This document shows, piece by piece, positions 16,726 through 25,043 of a stretch of 32,000 nt of DNA. Made by a program: the position numbers and the translations under genes. Position 1 is the first letter of the stretch; each line of letters opens with the position of its first letter. This DNA comes from Candidatus Heimdallarchaeota archaeon B3_Heim (GTDB lineage Archaea > Asgardarchaeota > Heimdallarchaeia > Hodarchaeales > Hodarchaeaceae), in NCBI GenBank assembly GCA_003144275.1, contig NJBF01000019.1, positions 1 to 32,000 of the forward strand. The letters run 5' to 3'. The notes beneath the pieces were generated by a model that was given only the letters and a program-made list of their open reading frames with translations, did not search any database and was not told the origin of the DNA.

Positions 16726-17100
16726 GTGAAAATTGAAAATGAATACTTTTCAATAGAATCTGATGTTGTTGAATCGATAGAAGATTTTAATAATGTCATT
16801 TTCAATGAAGACATGAGTGAATGTCTTATAGGGGATTCAACTGACTGGAAGAAAGGTTTGATAGTTGTTAGGGGAAATAAAGGCCAAATTATTGATATTA
16901 GAGGGGATTGTGAACCAAAGTTAGTTCGTTTGATTATCTTAAAGGAGAGAAAGAGTAGAAATAAAGTTGCACTGGTAGTAAATTCAATCTTAGGAGTAGT
17001 TACGACCCCTGATGAGGGTATCACTTTGATTCGTCAGCTTTACAGGATTAGTAAAGCTAGATTGTCCGATTTTGATATTACAAATGTTTTTATTACATAA
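16726..17100 (+). CDS. cheW: CheW-like domain protein (divergent)
   Basis: Hand alignment to CheW: (RLLI)VKIENEYFSIESDVVESI ~ FTLGDEEYGIDILKVQEI; KGLIVVRGNKGQIIDIR ~ KGVTNLRGVIVPIVDLR; RLIILK...KVALVVNSILGV ~ VIVL...VGIVVDGVSDV. The frame is open back to 16684. Confidence 0.7.
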   Translation: MKIENEYFSIESDVVESIEDFNNVIFNEDMSECLIGDSTDWKKGLIVVRGNKGQIIDIRGDCEPKLVRLIILKERKSRNKVALVVNSILGVVTTPDEGITLIRQLYRISKARLSDFDITNVFIT

Positions 17101-17139
17101 TCTATTATTAAAAAATGTTTATAGAGGGGTCTTATCGTC

Positions 17140-18591
17140 TTGGAAATTAGACAGACGAAAGTATTTTGCCTCTTTCGTGATGTAAAGGGCCTAGAATCAT
17201 TCTTTCTAAGTGATCTTGCCCAATCTGATATTCTACGTTGTATAATCTCTATTAAGGAGGAGGGAAAAAAACCTATTGGTTTTCAAGCAGAAATTACGGA
17301 AAGATATGATGTAAAATTCATAGAAATCGCTTCAACGAAGCGAAAAAAGACATCTCTTACCTTTCTTAATAAAGAAATGAAAAGCTGCCTTTCAGAAGTC
17401 CCTAAATCAGCACTTGGAATCCATTTCTTTTTGGATTTCTCGAATATTAAATTCCCTACGAAGCAGATTCTACTAATTGTTGACGCATTTGAAAAACATC
17501 TCATTAAAAATAAATCCGAGTTTACTATTTTTGCCATATTTAATGAACAACACCTCTCTAAACAACAATCTCGACAGCTGGCCCTAAGATTTCCATATCT
17601 GTGTTTATCACCTTCTCAAATCTATCCAAATTTCTATTACGATGATGGCTCCAGCAGAAAGTTTCCAGAATCACTTAGAGAATTATATCAGCCCATAGAA
17701 ATCCTGATAAAGGAATTGAAAGCTGAAAAATTGGAGATAGAACGATTAGAAAAACAGCTATTTCAAATATCAACTCAGCGTAACATATTAGAGTCAACTT
17801 TATCTTTTTATTTAGCCCAAGAAGGGAAATCTCGAAGTTCTCATGAGATTCCTGCAGATTTGATCTCATTAATGGAATTTCATTCGTTGAAACAAAAATA
17901 CAATCAAAAAACACAAATCCTTTCAACGGTTATTCATGATTTAAAATCTCCCCTGGCATCAATCCAAGGTTATTCTGAAGTAATCCTACATGGGTTATCT
18001 GGACCGATTACCCCAGAAATGAAAAAACAGCTCGGTACAATTATTACTAATACTCATCGTCTCGCTCGTATGGTTGATAGTCTTCTTGAATTCGAGCAAT
18101 ATGATCGATCAACCTACATTGCGGAAAGGGAGACTTTCGATTTAATTTCAATTCTCGAAGATGCAAAAATGGGGGTTCTTCCTCAGATGATTCGTAGAGG
18201 TCAAAAAATATCATATTTTGTACCAGAATCATTAGAAATTGTAGCAAACAAAGAATTAATTGTAAGAGCCTTACAAAATCTATTAGATAATGCCATCAAA
18301 TATTCACCCCCCGAAAAGGGTCAGGTAGAGGTATATGTTGAGGAAAAAAAAGCAGGGCATCAAAATGTAGTTATAATCACAATACAAGACAATGGTTTTG
18401 GATTCCGAAAGGCTGATTTGAAGAAAATTTTTCAACCATTTTCTCGATTCGAGACGCATTCAAAATCAACTGGATTAGGCTTATCTATCACAAAGAAAAT
18501 TATCGAAGATATTCACGGGGGAAAAATCAGCCTAATCTCTCCCGGGAGGAATAAAGGGAGTACTGTAAAAGTAGTTTTACCTAAGACCTAG
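17140..18591 (+). CDS. Sensor histidine kinase: degenerate MEDS-like N-terminal domain, coiled coil, HisKA, HATPase_c
   Basis: H-box STVIHDLKSPL (His266), N-box LQNLLDNAIKYS, G1 DNGFG, F-box IFQPF, G2 GLGLSIT. The N-terminus ends FAIFNEQHLS...RFPYLCL...IYPNFYY, resembling the MEDS C-terminus. No TM segment. TTG start after GAGGGGT. Confidence 0.92.
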   Translation: MEIRQTKVFCLFRDVKGLESFFLSDLAQSDILRCIISIKEEGKKPIGFQAEITERYDVKFIEIASTKRKKTSLTFLNKEMKSCLSEVPKSALGIHFFLDFSNIKFPTKQILLIVDAFEKHLIKNKSEFTIFAIFNEQHLSKQQSRQLALRFPYLCLSPSQIYPNFYYDDGSSRKFPESLRELYQPIEILIKELKAEKLEIERLEKQLFQISTQRNILESTLSFYLAQEGKSRSSHEIPADLISLMEFHSLKQKYNQKTQILSTVIHDLKSPLASIQGYSEVILHGLSGPITPEMKKQLGTIITNTHRLARMVDSLLEFEQYDRSTYIAERETFDLISILEDAKMGVLPQMIRRGQKISYFVPESLEIVANKELIVRALQNLLDNAIKYSPPEKGQVEVYVEEKKAGHQNVVIITIQDNGFGFRKADLKKIFQPFSRFETHSKSTGLGLSITKKIIEDIHGGKISLISPGRNKGSTVKVVLPKT

Positions 18592-18676
18592 GCAATCTCT
18601 CGATACTTTTAAACTTAAGGGGGTATTAACCTAATCCTTAAAAAAGATCAAGATAATTCGTGAATGGGATAAAGAA

Positions 18677-19009
18677 TTGGCAGGAAATCCTTTAAAACAA
18701 CTCGAACAGGAGTACATTCTTCTTATACTTCAATATTTGCATTTGAATCCAAGAGGGAAAACATTTAGTCAAATCTGCGCATCAATCGAGCACCACGCAA
18801 ATCCTAAAAAAGTAACAGTAAGCCTTAAAACCCTTGCGACAATTGGGTTGGTTTATGAAATTAAAACAGAGAATAATACAGAAATCCTATATGTATTATC
18901 AAATCGGGGACGTTATGCGAGTGAAATCGTTTGGGACCTATTTCGTATCATTCTCAATCCACATGAGAGTAATGAAGACGACCCTGACCTATTAGATTTT
19001 TATCGTTAA
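18677..19009 (+). CDS. Winged helix-turn-helix protein (HxlR/MarR-like), probable transcription regulator
   Basis: ILLILQYL...KTFSQI...NPKKVTVSLKTLATIGLV...YVLSNRG matches the wHTH pattern. TTG start. Confidence 0.8.
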   Translation: MAGNPLKQLEQEYILLILQYLHLNPRGKTFSQICASIEHHANPKKVTVSLKTLATIGLVYEIKTENNTEILYVLSNRGRYASEIVWDLFRIILNPHESNEDDPDLLDFYR

Positions 19010-19122
19010 GAAATTAAATTTTATCTTAATCATATTTTTGAACCATTAATCTCTCCATCATCTTTAGACTTGATTGAAATCGTCCAAACACAGATATTAA
19101 CATTAGCTCTAGTGAGTACATT

Positions 19123-20118
19123 ATGTCTTTTGCGGATCCTAAAATGCAAGCACTGCTGAAAAAGCAAAAATATCAGATATCAGGGAAAAACACTGCTGTT
19201 AAAAAATGTGGATGGACACATAATTCGCTAAGAGAGGATAGGTACTGTTACAAGCACTTTTATGGTATTAAGTCCCATCAATGCATACAATTTTCACCAG
19301 TATTAATTTGTAACTTTCTGTGTAAATTTTGTTGGCGAATACATGAATCTGATATCGGGGTTGAAAACATGTTCAGGCAGTATGATCCGCAGGATCAGGA
19401 AAGATTGACCGAAATCTTTGACTCCCCTAAAGATGTTGTAGATGCGTTGTTTGTGAGTCAACAGAGAATTATTTGCGGTTATAAACCATATGTCTCAACT
19501 TTGAAGTACGATGAAGCAATGAAACCGAAACATGCGACTTTGAGTTTAACAGGAGAACCCTTTCTTTATCCGTGGATACCTGAATTAATTGATGAGTTAA
19601 AAAGTCGAAATTTGACCGTTTTTATCGTTACTAATGGGAGTGTGCCTAGTACTTTACGCTCCATTCTAGAAAAGCAAGCTTATCCAACACAATTGTACAT
19701 AACTCTACCCACTCCTGGAGTAAAAAATTTTCTAAGTGTACATAGACCCCTTGAAAAAGAAAAGGCTTTAGAAAATATTTATGAGAGCTTAAAAATTATC
19801 GGAGAAGGAGTACCTTTTCGGACTGTTGCTCGATTGACTGTAGCTGAAGGATTAAATCTTATCGATCCAGAAGGGTATGCAGAAATGATAACTGGTATAA
19901 TGAAACCGTCTTTTGTAGAAGTGAAAGGAGTAGTTCATGTAGGTGCAGCTGAAAAGCGATTACCACGTACAGCGATGCCATCACATTCTAGGATAATGGA
20001 ATTTGCAAAACAACTTGAAAATTTAACTGATTATAAAATCGTTGCAGAATCTGAAGTAAGTCGTTTGGTTATTTTATCTAATGAAACTGACCCTCTGCTG
20101 ATACCAGAATTGAGCTAG
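19123..20118 (+). CDS. tyw1: 4-demethylwyosine synthase Taw1/TYW1 (radical SAM tRNA-modifying enzyme)
   Basis: KKCGWT, CYKHFYGIKSHQC, radical SAM CNFLCKFCWR, SLTGEP, VTNG and FVEVKG. There is no flavodoxin domain, as in the archaeal type. Confidence 0.95.
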   Translation: MSFADPKMQALLKKQKYQISGKNTAVKKCGWTHNSLREDRYCYKHFYGIKSHQCIQFSPVLICNFLCKFCWRIHESDIGVENMFRQYDPQDQERLTEIFDSPKDVVDALFVSQQRIICGYKPYVSTLKYDEAMKPKHATLSLTGEPFLYPWIPELIDELKSRNLTVFIVTNGSVPSTLRSILEKQAYPTQLYITLPTPGVKNFLSVHRPLEKEKALENIYESLKIIGEGVPFRTVARLTVAEGLNLIDPEGYAEMITGIMKPSFVEVKGVVHVGAAEKRLPRTAMPSHSRIMEFAKQLENLTDYKIVAESEVSRLVILSNETDPLLIPELS

Positions 20119-20153
20119 AAATTAGGTTCAAGTTTAGGTATATCTACTGCTTC

Positions 20154-21353
20154 TCACGCAATCCTTTGTAAATAGCGTTTTAATCGTTTTTCGAGTCTAT
20201 CAGAGGTTGCACTTAGTATAGAATGAGGATAATTCGTCCCAATTGCTTTTAAAATTGCATTTAATGCTTTTTTCTGTTCTTCGAAACCTTTTATTATTAG
20301 TTCTTTGCTGAAATGATCTTTTGCGGAGGCCCACCATGTCTGACAACTGTATTGAGCCTTTGCCACTTCCTTTAATGCCTGACGTACTTCAAAATCACTT
20401 TCTTCCTTGTGTCTCAATAAAAAATCCAACGATTCGGAGAGAATATCAGAATGAAAATTCAGGATTTCATGAATTGAATTGCCAGGAAACGCCCAAAGAG
20501 GATAAGGAATGTTCCTATAGAGATCCTCTTCCGATGTGCTCCAACTACTTTCCTTAAATACTTCAATTTTCTCTCTGGGAAATGTTAAAATATCTTTAAC
20601 TGTATGGATAACAGATCTTTGCAAAATTTTTTTCAGAAATTTCTCATAACCTAGATGATGCTCTCCGAATGTTTCTAAATCAGTAGCAACAACTAGAACC
20701 GATTGTTGAGGTTGTTTAGCTTTTAAAAGATTCACATGCTCAATAAAGTTGTCAACACTTGGGTAATTTTTGAAGGATATGTTATTTGAGAGCTCACGAT
20801 TTCTGTAGATAAGCGCTAGATTTGGAGCAGAATGATGAACTGGGATTTTCTCAAATAGGGGTGATGGGTGGTTTTCATTGCTACTAACGGCAATTTCGGG
20901 TATAATAGTGTATTGATACCCTAAAGATTCTAACTGGCTTAATAAAATCGGCGATACTGCCAATTCTGGTGGCCAAAACCCAATTGGATGCCAAACTGAG
21001 CCAAAAATCCTCAAATTCATCTGGTGATTCAATGTTATTTGGTAACGGGATTCTTTTTCGGATAGTAAAGGTAAAATTGGGTGATAAGCCCCAGATTCAA
21101 GAAATTCTACTTGGTCATTTCTAGCTAGATTTGCGAACTTCTCAATTACATTTGAATATCCTGCTTCAAGCATTTCGCTAAGACTAGCATTGAAATTCAA
21201 GGTGAGCTTTATCTCAGGATTTTCCTCTAACATTTCAGCTACTGGGATGTAACAATTGTTGATAATACGATCTAAAACTTCTGGAGTTTGATTAGGGGGC
21301 TGATATGCATGACAAACGATGGCTATCTCGGGTTTAATATCATTATCTAACAT
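20154..21353 (-). CDS. Glycoside hydrolase family 57 protein
   Basis: GH57 conserved regions HAYQP, ESGAYHPILPL, GFWPPELA (nucleophile Glu) and ATDLETFGEH (acid/base Asp). Confidence 0.9.
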   Translation of the reverse strand: MLDNDIKPEIAIVCHAYQPPNQTPEVLDRIINNCYIPVAEMLEENPEIKLTLNFNASLSEMLEAGYSNVIEKFANLARNDQVEFLESGAYHPILPLLSEKESRYQITLNHQMNLRIFGSVWHPIGFWPPELAVSPILLSQLESLGYQYTIIPEIAVSSNENHPSPLFEKIPVHHSAPNLALIYRNRELSNNISFKNYPSVDNFIEHVNLLKAKQPQQSVLVVATDLETFGEHHLGYEKFLKKILQRSVIHTVKDILTFPREKIEVFKESSWSTSEEDLYRNIPYPLWAFPGNSIHEILNFHSDILSESLDFLLRHKEESDFEVRQALKEVAKAQYSCQTWWASAKDHFSKELIIKGFEEQKKALNAILKAIGTNYPHSILSATSDRLEKRLKRYLQRIA

Positions 21354-21401
21354 ATAAAATCACTGAAAACAAGTTGAAAAGAAGTAAATCAAACGATTAG
21401 T

Positions 21402-22346
21402 TTAAAAACCGCGTGTAAGTTCCCACAACCGCTTTTTCCTCGCTGCACGTTCCCGTTCGATATCTTTTTTTCGTTCTTCTTCATTTAAAAATGCTTTTTG
21501 TTCATCTGGTTCTGGTTCTTGATGATCGTGTTCGGCATGTGATTCAGTTTCTTCAGTTTCTAATTTTTCAGGTTTTATTTCTTGTTCAAATGAACCAGTA
21601 CTAAAATTACTTACAAAAGAAGTAGAATTTAAGTCATCTGGAGAAAAAGGAACCTTTGGTTCAGATTGAGGTTGAGTTTCTTCTGGTTCGGTAAACGAAT
21701 CTGTACTAGACAAAAGTGGATCTGATGGTATAACTTCTTTAGCAGGATCTTCATTTTCCTCTAACAATTGCTCAAGGGGAGATTTTTCTTCCACTTCCCC
21801 GAAAAATGATGCTGTATTTAATTTTTCTTTAAAAATCTCTGATGGTCTACCATTTTCTTCAGCAGATATACCTAGTACAGGTTCTTCTGCCACCTGCTGT
21901 GATATTGGTGGGGTAGTAGGTTTCTTATCACGTGCTTCATTTTCAGCAAATTTTTTCACGAAAGAAATTCTCTCTTCCTCAACATTACTCTCAGATTGTT
22001 TTAATACTTCTAAAATTTCCGCCGTATCGAGTTTAAGAATGGGTTTTGGTTTTACTACCTTTGTTTCGGGAATTGAAACTATTTCTTCTTTGGTTTTCTC
22101 AACATGTTTAACATGGGGTGATACTACGACAGGTTCAGGAATAGAGGCTGGTTTTGCAGAAATTATCTTTCCTAAGATACCTAAAAATTCTCTTGCTTCT
22201 TCATTCTCAAATTCTAAAATGAAGTCCTCACTGGTAATTTCGAGATGTTGAAGTTTATCATTTATTGCAACAGCTTTCAGACAAATCTTTGGACCAACAC
22301 GATCTAAGCACCAGGTAACTTCCTTTTTTTGATACTCAACATCCAT
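21402..22346 (-). CDS. Hypothetical protein: small N-terminal beta4-alpha domain, long acidic/Pro-rich disordered linker, charged C-terminal helix
   Basis: 314-aa ORF. Residues 1-62 have a beta/alpha pattern, the centre is E/P/S/K-rich, and it ends ERERAARKKRLWELTRGF. Confidence 0.8.
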   Translation of the reverse strand: MDVEYQKKEVTWCLDRVGPKICLKAVAINDKLQHLEITSEDFILEFENEEAREFLGILGKIISAKPASIPEPVVVSPHVKHVEKTKEEIVSIPETKVVKPKPILKLDTAEILEVLKQSESNVEEERISFVKKFAENEARDKKPTTPPISQQVAEEPVLGISAEENGRPSEIFKEKLNTASFFGEVEEKSPLEQLLEENEDPAKEVIPSDPLLSSTDSFTEPEETQPQSEPKVPFSPDDLNSTSFVSNFSTGSFEQEIKPEKLETEETESHAEHDHQEPEPDEQKAFLNEEERKKDIERERAARKKRLWELTRGF

Positions 22347-22364
22347 TATATATCAATCCTGCAA

Positions 22365-22377
22365 TTTAAAAACTTTC
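22365..22377 (-). promoter_or_regulatory. BRE/TATA candidate for the 314-aa gene
   Basis: The minus strand reads GAAAGTTTTTAAA, ending 18 nt before ATG 22346 and overlapping the upstream stop codon. Confidence 0.4.
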
Positions 22378-22569
22378 TAGGAACTTACTAAAGAGATCCA
22401 TGAAACTGGAGATGTCATCTTGGTCTAGGGAGAGAACTCCATCATCTGTTTTTATCATTAAGCTTTTTTCATCACTGTTCTGACTATGAATGACATGTAC
22501 TTCCACTATTGCGCCTGATTTCATTTTGAGTCCAGTCGTAGAATCGATGATTTTTTCAGTTAACTTCAT
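22366..22569 (-). CDS. Small hypothetical protein (67 aa), apparent paralog of the neighbouring N-terminal domain
   Basis: ATG preceded by AGGGG. Beta-rich then helical pattern that aligns by hand with residues 1-62 of the 314-aa protein. Confidence 0.72.
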   Translation of the reverse strand: MKLTEKIIDSTTGLKMKSGAIVEVHVIHSQNSDEKSLMIKTDDGVLSLDQDDISSFMDLFSKFLESF

Positions 22570-22637
22570 GAGTAATTCCCCTAATCATTCCATAGTTTGA
22601 ATTATTAAGCAACCTCCTAAAAAAGTATTCGTTTAGC

Positions 22638-24044
22638 ATGGATGGATTGAAAGTGACTTGGGAAGAATCAGCTATAGATCTTTTAAGAAGTTTAATACAC
22701 TATAATACTGTTAATAATCCTTCCGAAAATCAATTTCCTGATCTGAGTATTATTACAGATATTCAAAAAATTCTCCTTCGATGGAATCCTGAATATAAAT
22801 CTAAAGTTTTTGAAACTGGGAATTATTCTTCTCTTTATATATCAAGTGATCTTACTAAACCAAGTGATATTGTATTTCTAGGACATTTCGATGTCGTTCC
22901 AGTTACAACTGATTGGAATTCCAATCCCTTCGATCTAACAATAAGAGATGAGAAATTGGGTTTTGCTAGAGGATCAAAGGATTGCAAAGGATCTGTTGTG
23001 TCTGTACTCATGTTTTTAAAAAAAATTAATCTAAATCCAAAAACCAAATCTGTAGTCAACAGAATAGGTTTATTTCTTTCAACTGACGAAGAAAGTGGAG
23101 GGCAATATGGGGCAAAGGAATTTTTTAGTTATGCTAAAAAATCTAATATTCTACCAAAACGTGTGATTAATGTCGACGGAGGCCCAAAGGTAGTTTACAA
23201 AAGACGAGCAGGGTTTAACCTACGATTGACGGCCCCACCATTAGTTAAAAAAACAACAGCGTCAGTAAAAGAGAAAGTGTTTTCCACTCGTATTCTATAT
23301 GATAATAATCGACACAGTGCTTATTTTGTACCTGGAGTAGATTCTCATGCTCTATTATTGTTATCCAAGTATTTACACATCAAACCTCATGTAAAAATCA
23401 ATGCAATTTCCGGTGAGTGGGTAAAGGGGAATGTGATCCCAAATACGGTACATGCCACCGTTGTAGATCCTCAAACGGAATCTGACTTAACACAACAGGT
23501 TACATATGATGAAAATTTAACAAAAATCTTACGAATACTCCGAAGTTTAGCCTTAAGCAAAGTGAAGACAGAAAAGTCTAGTGAATTTGGGATAACTATG
23601 AATCCGAATATTTTATCATATTCTACTTCTGATGGTACATCGGTACAATTCGATATTCGTGCCTTTCTGTCACCTAATGAGAAAGGAAGAATAGTCGAGG
23701 CTGTCACCAGTCGTTTAGGATCATTTGAACAAGGAAAGCTTGAGTGTCGTGGTTCCTCGGGTTACTTCTATACTGATCCTTCTAATCCTTTAGTCACAAT
23801 TGCAACTGAGGTTATGAAAGCTTATAGGTTAATGGACGATGATGAACTTCCCAAAGAACAAGAAGGCGCATCAGATGCTCGTTATGCAACAATGTTTGGA
23901 GTACCTGCAATTGACATTGGCCCCAAGGGAGGAAATATTCATGGAGTCGATGAATATATTGATTTAGAATCGATGTTACAATTTTCTACAATTTACGAGG
24001 ATATTTCGCTCAAATTATTGGACGAAGTTCAAACAGAGCAATAG
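22638..24044 (+). CDS. M20/M25/M40 family metallo-hydrolase (ArgE/DapE-like)
   Basis: GHFDVVP, ARGSKDCKG, DEESGG, NVDGG, GASDARY and HGVDEYI metal-binding motifs. Confidence 0.9.
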   Translation: MDGLKVTWEESAIDLLRSLIHYNTVNNPSENQFPDLSIITDIQKILLRWNPEYKSKVFETGNYSSLYISSDLTKPSDIVFLGHFDVVPVTTDWNSNPFDLTIRDEKLGFARGSKDCKGSVVSVLMFLKKINLNPKTKSVVNRIGLFLSTDEESGGQYGAKEFFSYAKKSNILPKRVINVDGGPKVVYKRRAGFNLRLTAPPLVKKTTASVKEKVFSTRILYDNNRHSAYFVPGVDSHALLLLSKYLHIKPHVKINAISGEWVKGNVIPNTVHATVVDPQTESDLTQQVTYDENLTKILRILRSLALSKVKTEKSSEFGITMNPNILSYSTSDGTSVQFDIRAFLSPNEKGRIVEAVTSRLGSFEQGKLECRGSSGYFYTDPSNPLVTIATEVMKAYRLMDDDELPKEQEGASDARYATMFGVPAIDIGPKGGNIHGVDEYIDLESMLQFSTIYEDISLKLLDEVQTEQ

Positions 24045-24181
24045 TGTTACTGCTCTACCTCCAAAGTAACAAACCTCTCCTAAATCTTTCAATTCCGATT
24101 GGTAATTTGCCTGATAACTCATATCTAAAGAGATATCAATGACAACCCTTTAAGTGAAAAGCAGTGAGTAAATGATCGCCC

Positions 24182-24979
24182 ATGCCCCTAGAGAATAATC
24201 AAATCTATAATATGGATTGTATTGATGGCCTAGCTCAACTTGAGAAGAATTCAATTGATCTTTTACTAACCGACCCACCTTTCGGAATAGATTTTCATAA
24301 AGTTGGAACCCAATACAACAGAAAGCAGAAAGAGCTCGGTAAAATGTACCATGAGGTCTCTTCTGAGGAATATTATGATTTTACCTTAAATTGGTTGAAA
24401 CCCTGTTGGGAAGCTATGAAACCTAGTGCTAGCGGTTACATTTTTAGTGGATGGAACCATTTGGGGGATATTTTGAATGCACTTGCTCAAATAGGGTTTC
24501 GGATTATCAATCATATTGTATGGAAATATCAATTTGGAGTATTTACAAAAAAACGGTTTGTCACAAGCCATTACCATATACTATATTTCACTAAATTAGG
24601 GGTGAAGGAGGATAGATTACGGACGTTTAATAGGGTACCTGAATATAGCAGTTCCCCAGGGAAACTATATTTTGAGGATGTCTGGCGCATTAACAGAGAT
24701 TATCAGAAAGGGGGAGAAAAGACACCAACTCGACTTCCTTTAGCAATCACCGATAAATGTGTACGAATGGGAAGTAATGAGGGTGACACCATACTTGAAC
24801 CCTTTTTAGGGAGTGGGAGTGTGGTATTATCAGCAATAAAATACAATAGACAGTTCATCGGCTTTGAATTATCAGAGAAAATCTATCAAATTGCTGAAAG
24901 ACGGATAAAAGACCAAATAATCGATCTTGGCACTAAGGATACTAGCTTGGATTTCTGGTTAAGTGATACTGGGAAATGA
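24182..24979 (+). CDS. Site-specific DNA methyltransferase (N6-adenine/N4-cytosine, beta class), orphan
   Basis: DCIDGL, catalytic TDPPF before the SAM-binding ILEPFLGSGS (beta order), NHIVWKY and GFELSEKI. No restriction nuclease gene is adjacent. Confidence 0.92.
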   Translation: MPLENNQIYNMDCIDGLAQLEKNSIDLLLTDPPFGIDFHKVGTQYNRKQKELGKMYHEVSSEEYYDFTLNWLKPCWEAMKPSASGYIFSGWNHLGDILNALAQIGFRIINHIVWKYQFGVFTKKRFVTSHYHILYFTKLGVKEDRLRTFNRVPEYSSSPGKLYFEDVWRINRDYQKGGEKTPTRLPLAITDKCVRMGSNEGDTILEPFLGSGSVVLSAIKYNRQFIGFELSEKIYQIAERRIKDQIIDLGTKDTSLDFWLSDTGK

Positions 24980-25043
24980 TTCATGAATGTTTCAAACAAC
25001 TAATTAATTACAATAATTTAAGGAGCAAAACACGAATACATCC

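Noticed and set aside
24182-24979. Restriction-modification or other defence system
   Set aside because: The flanking genes are an M20 hydrolase and an SDR. No nuclease, specificity subunit or controller gene is present.
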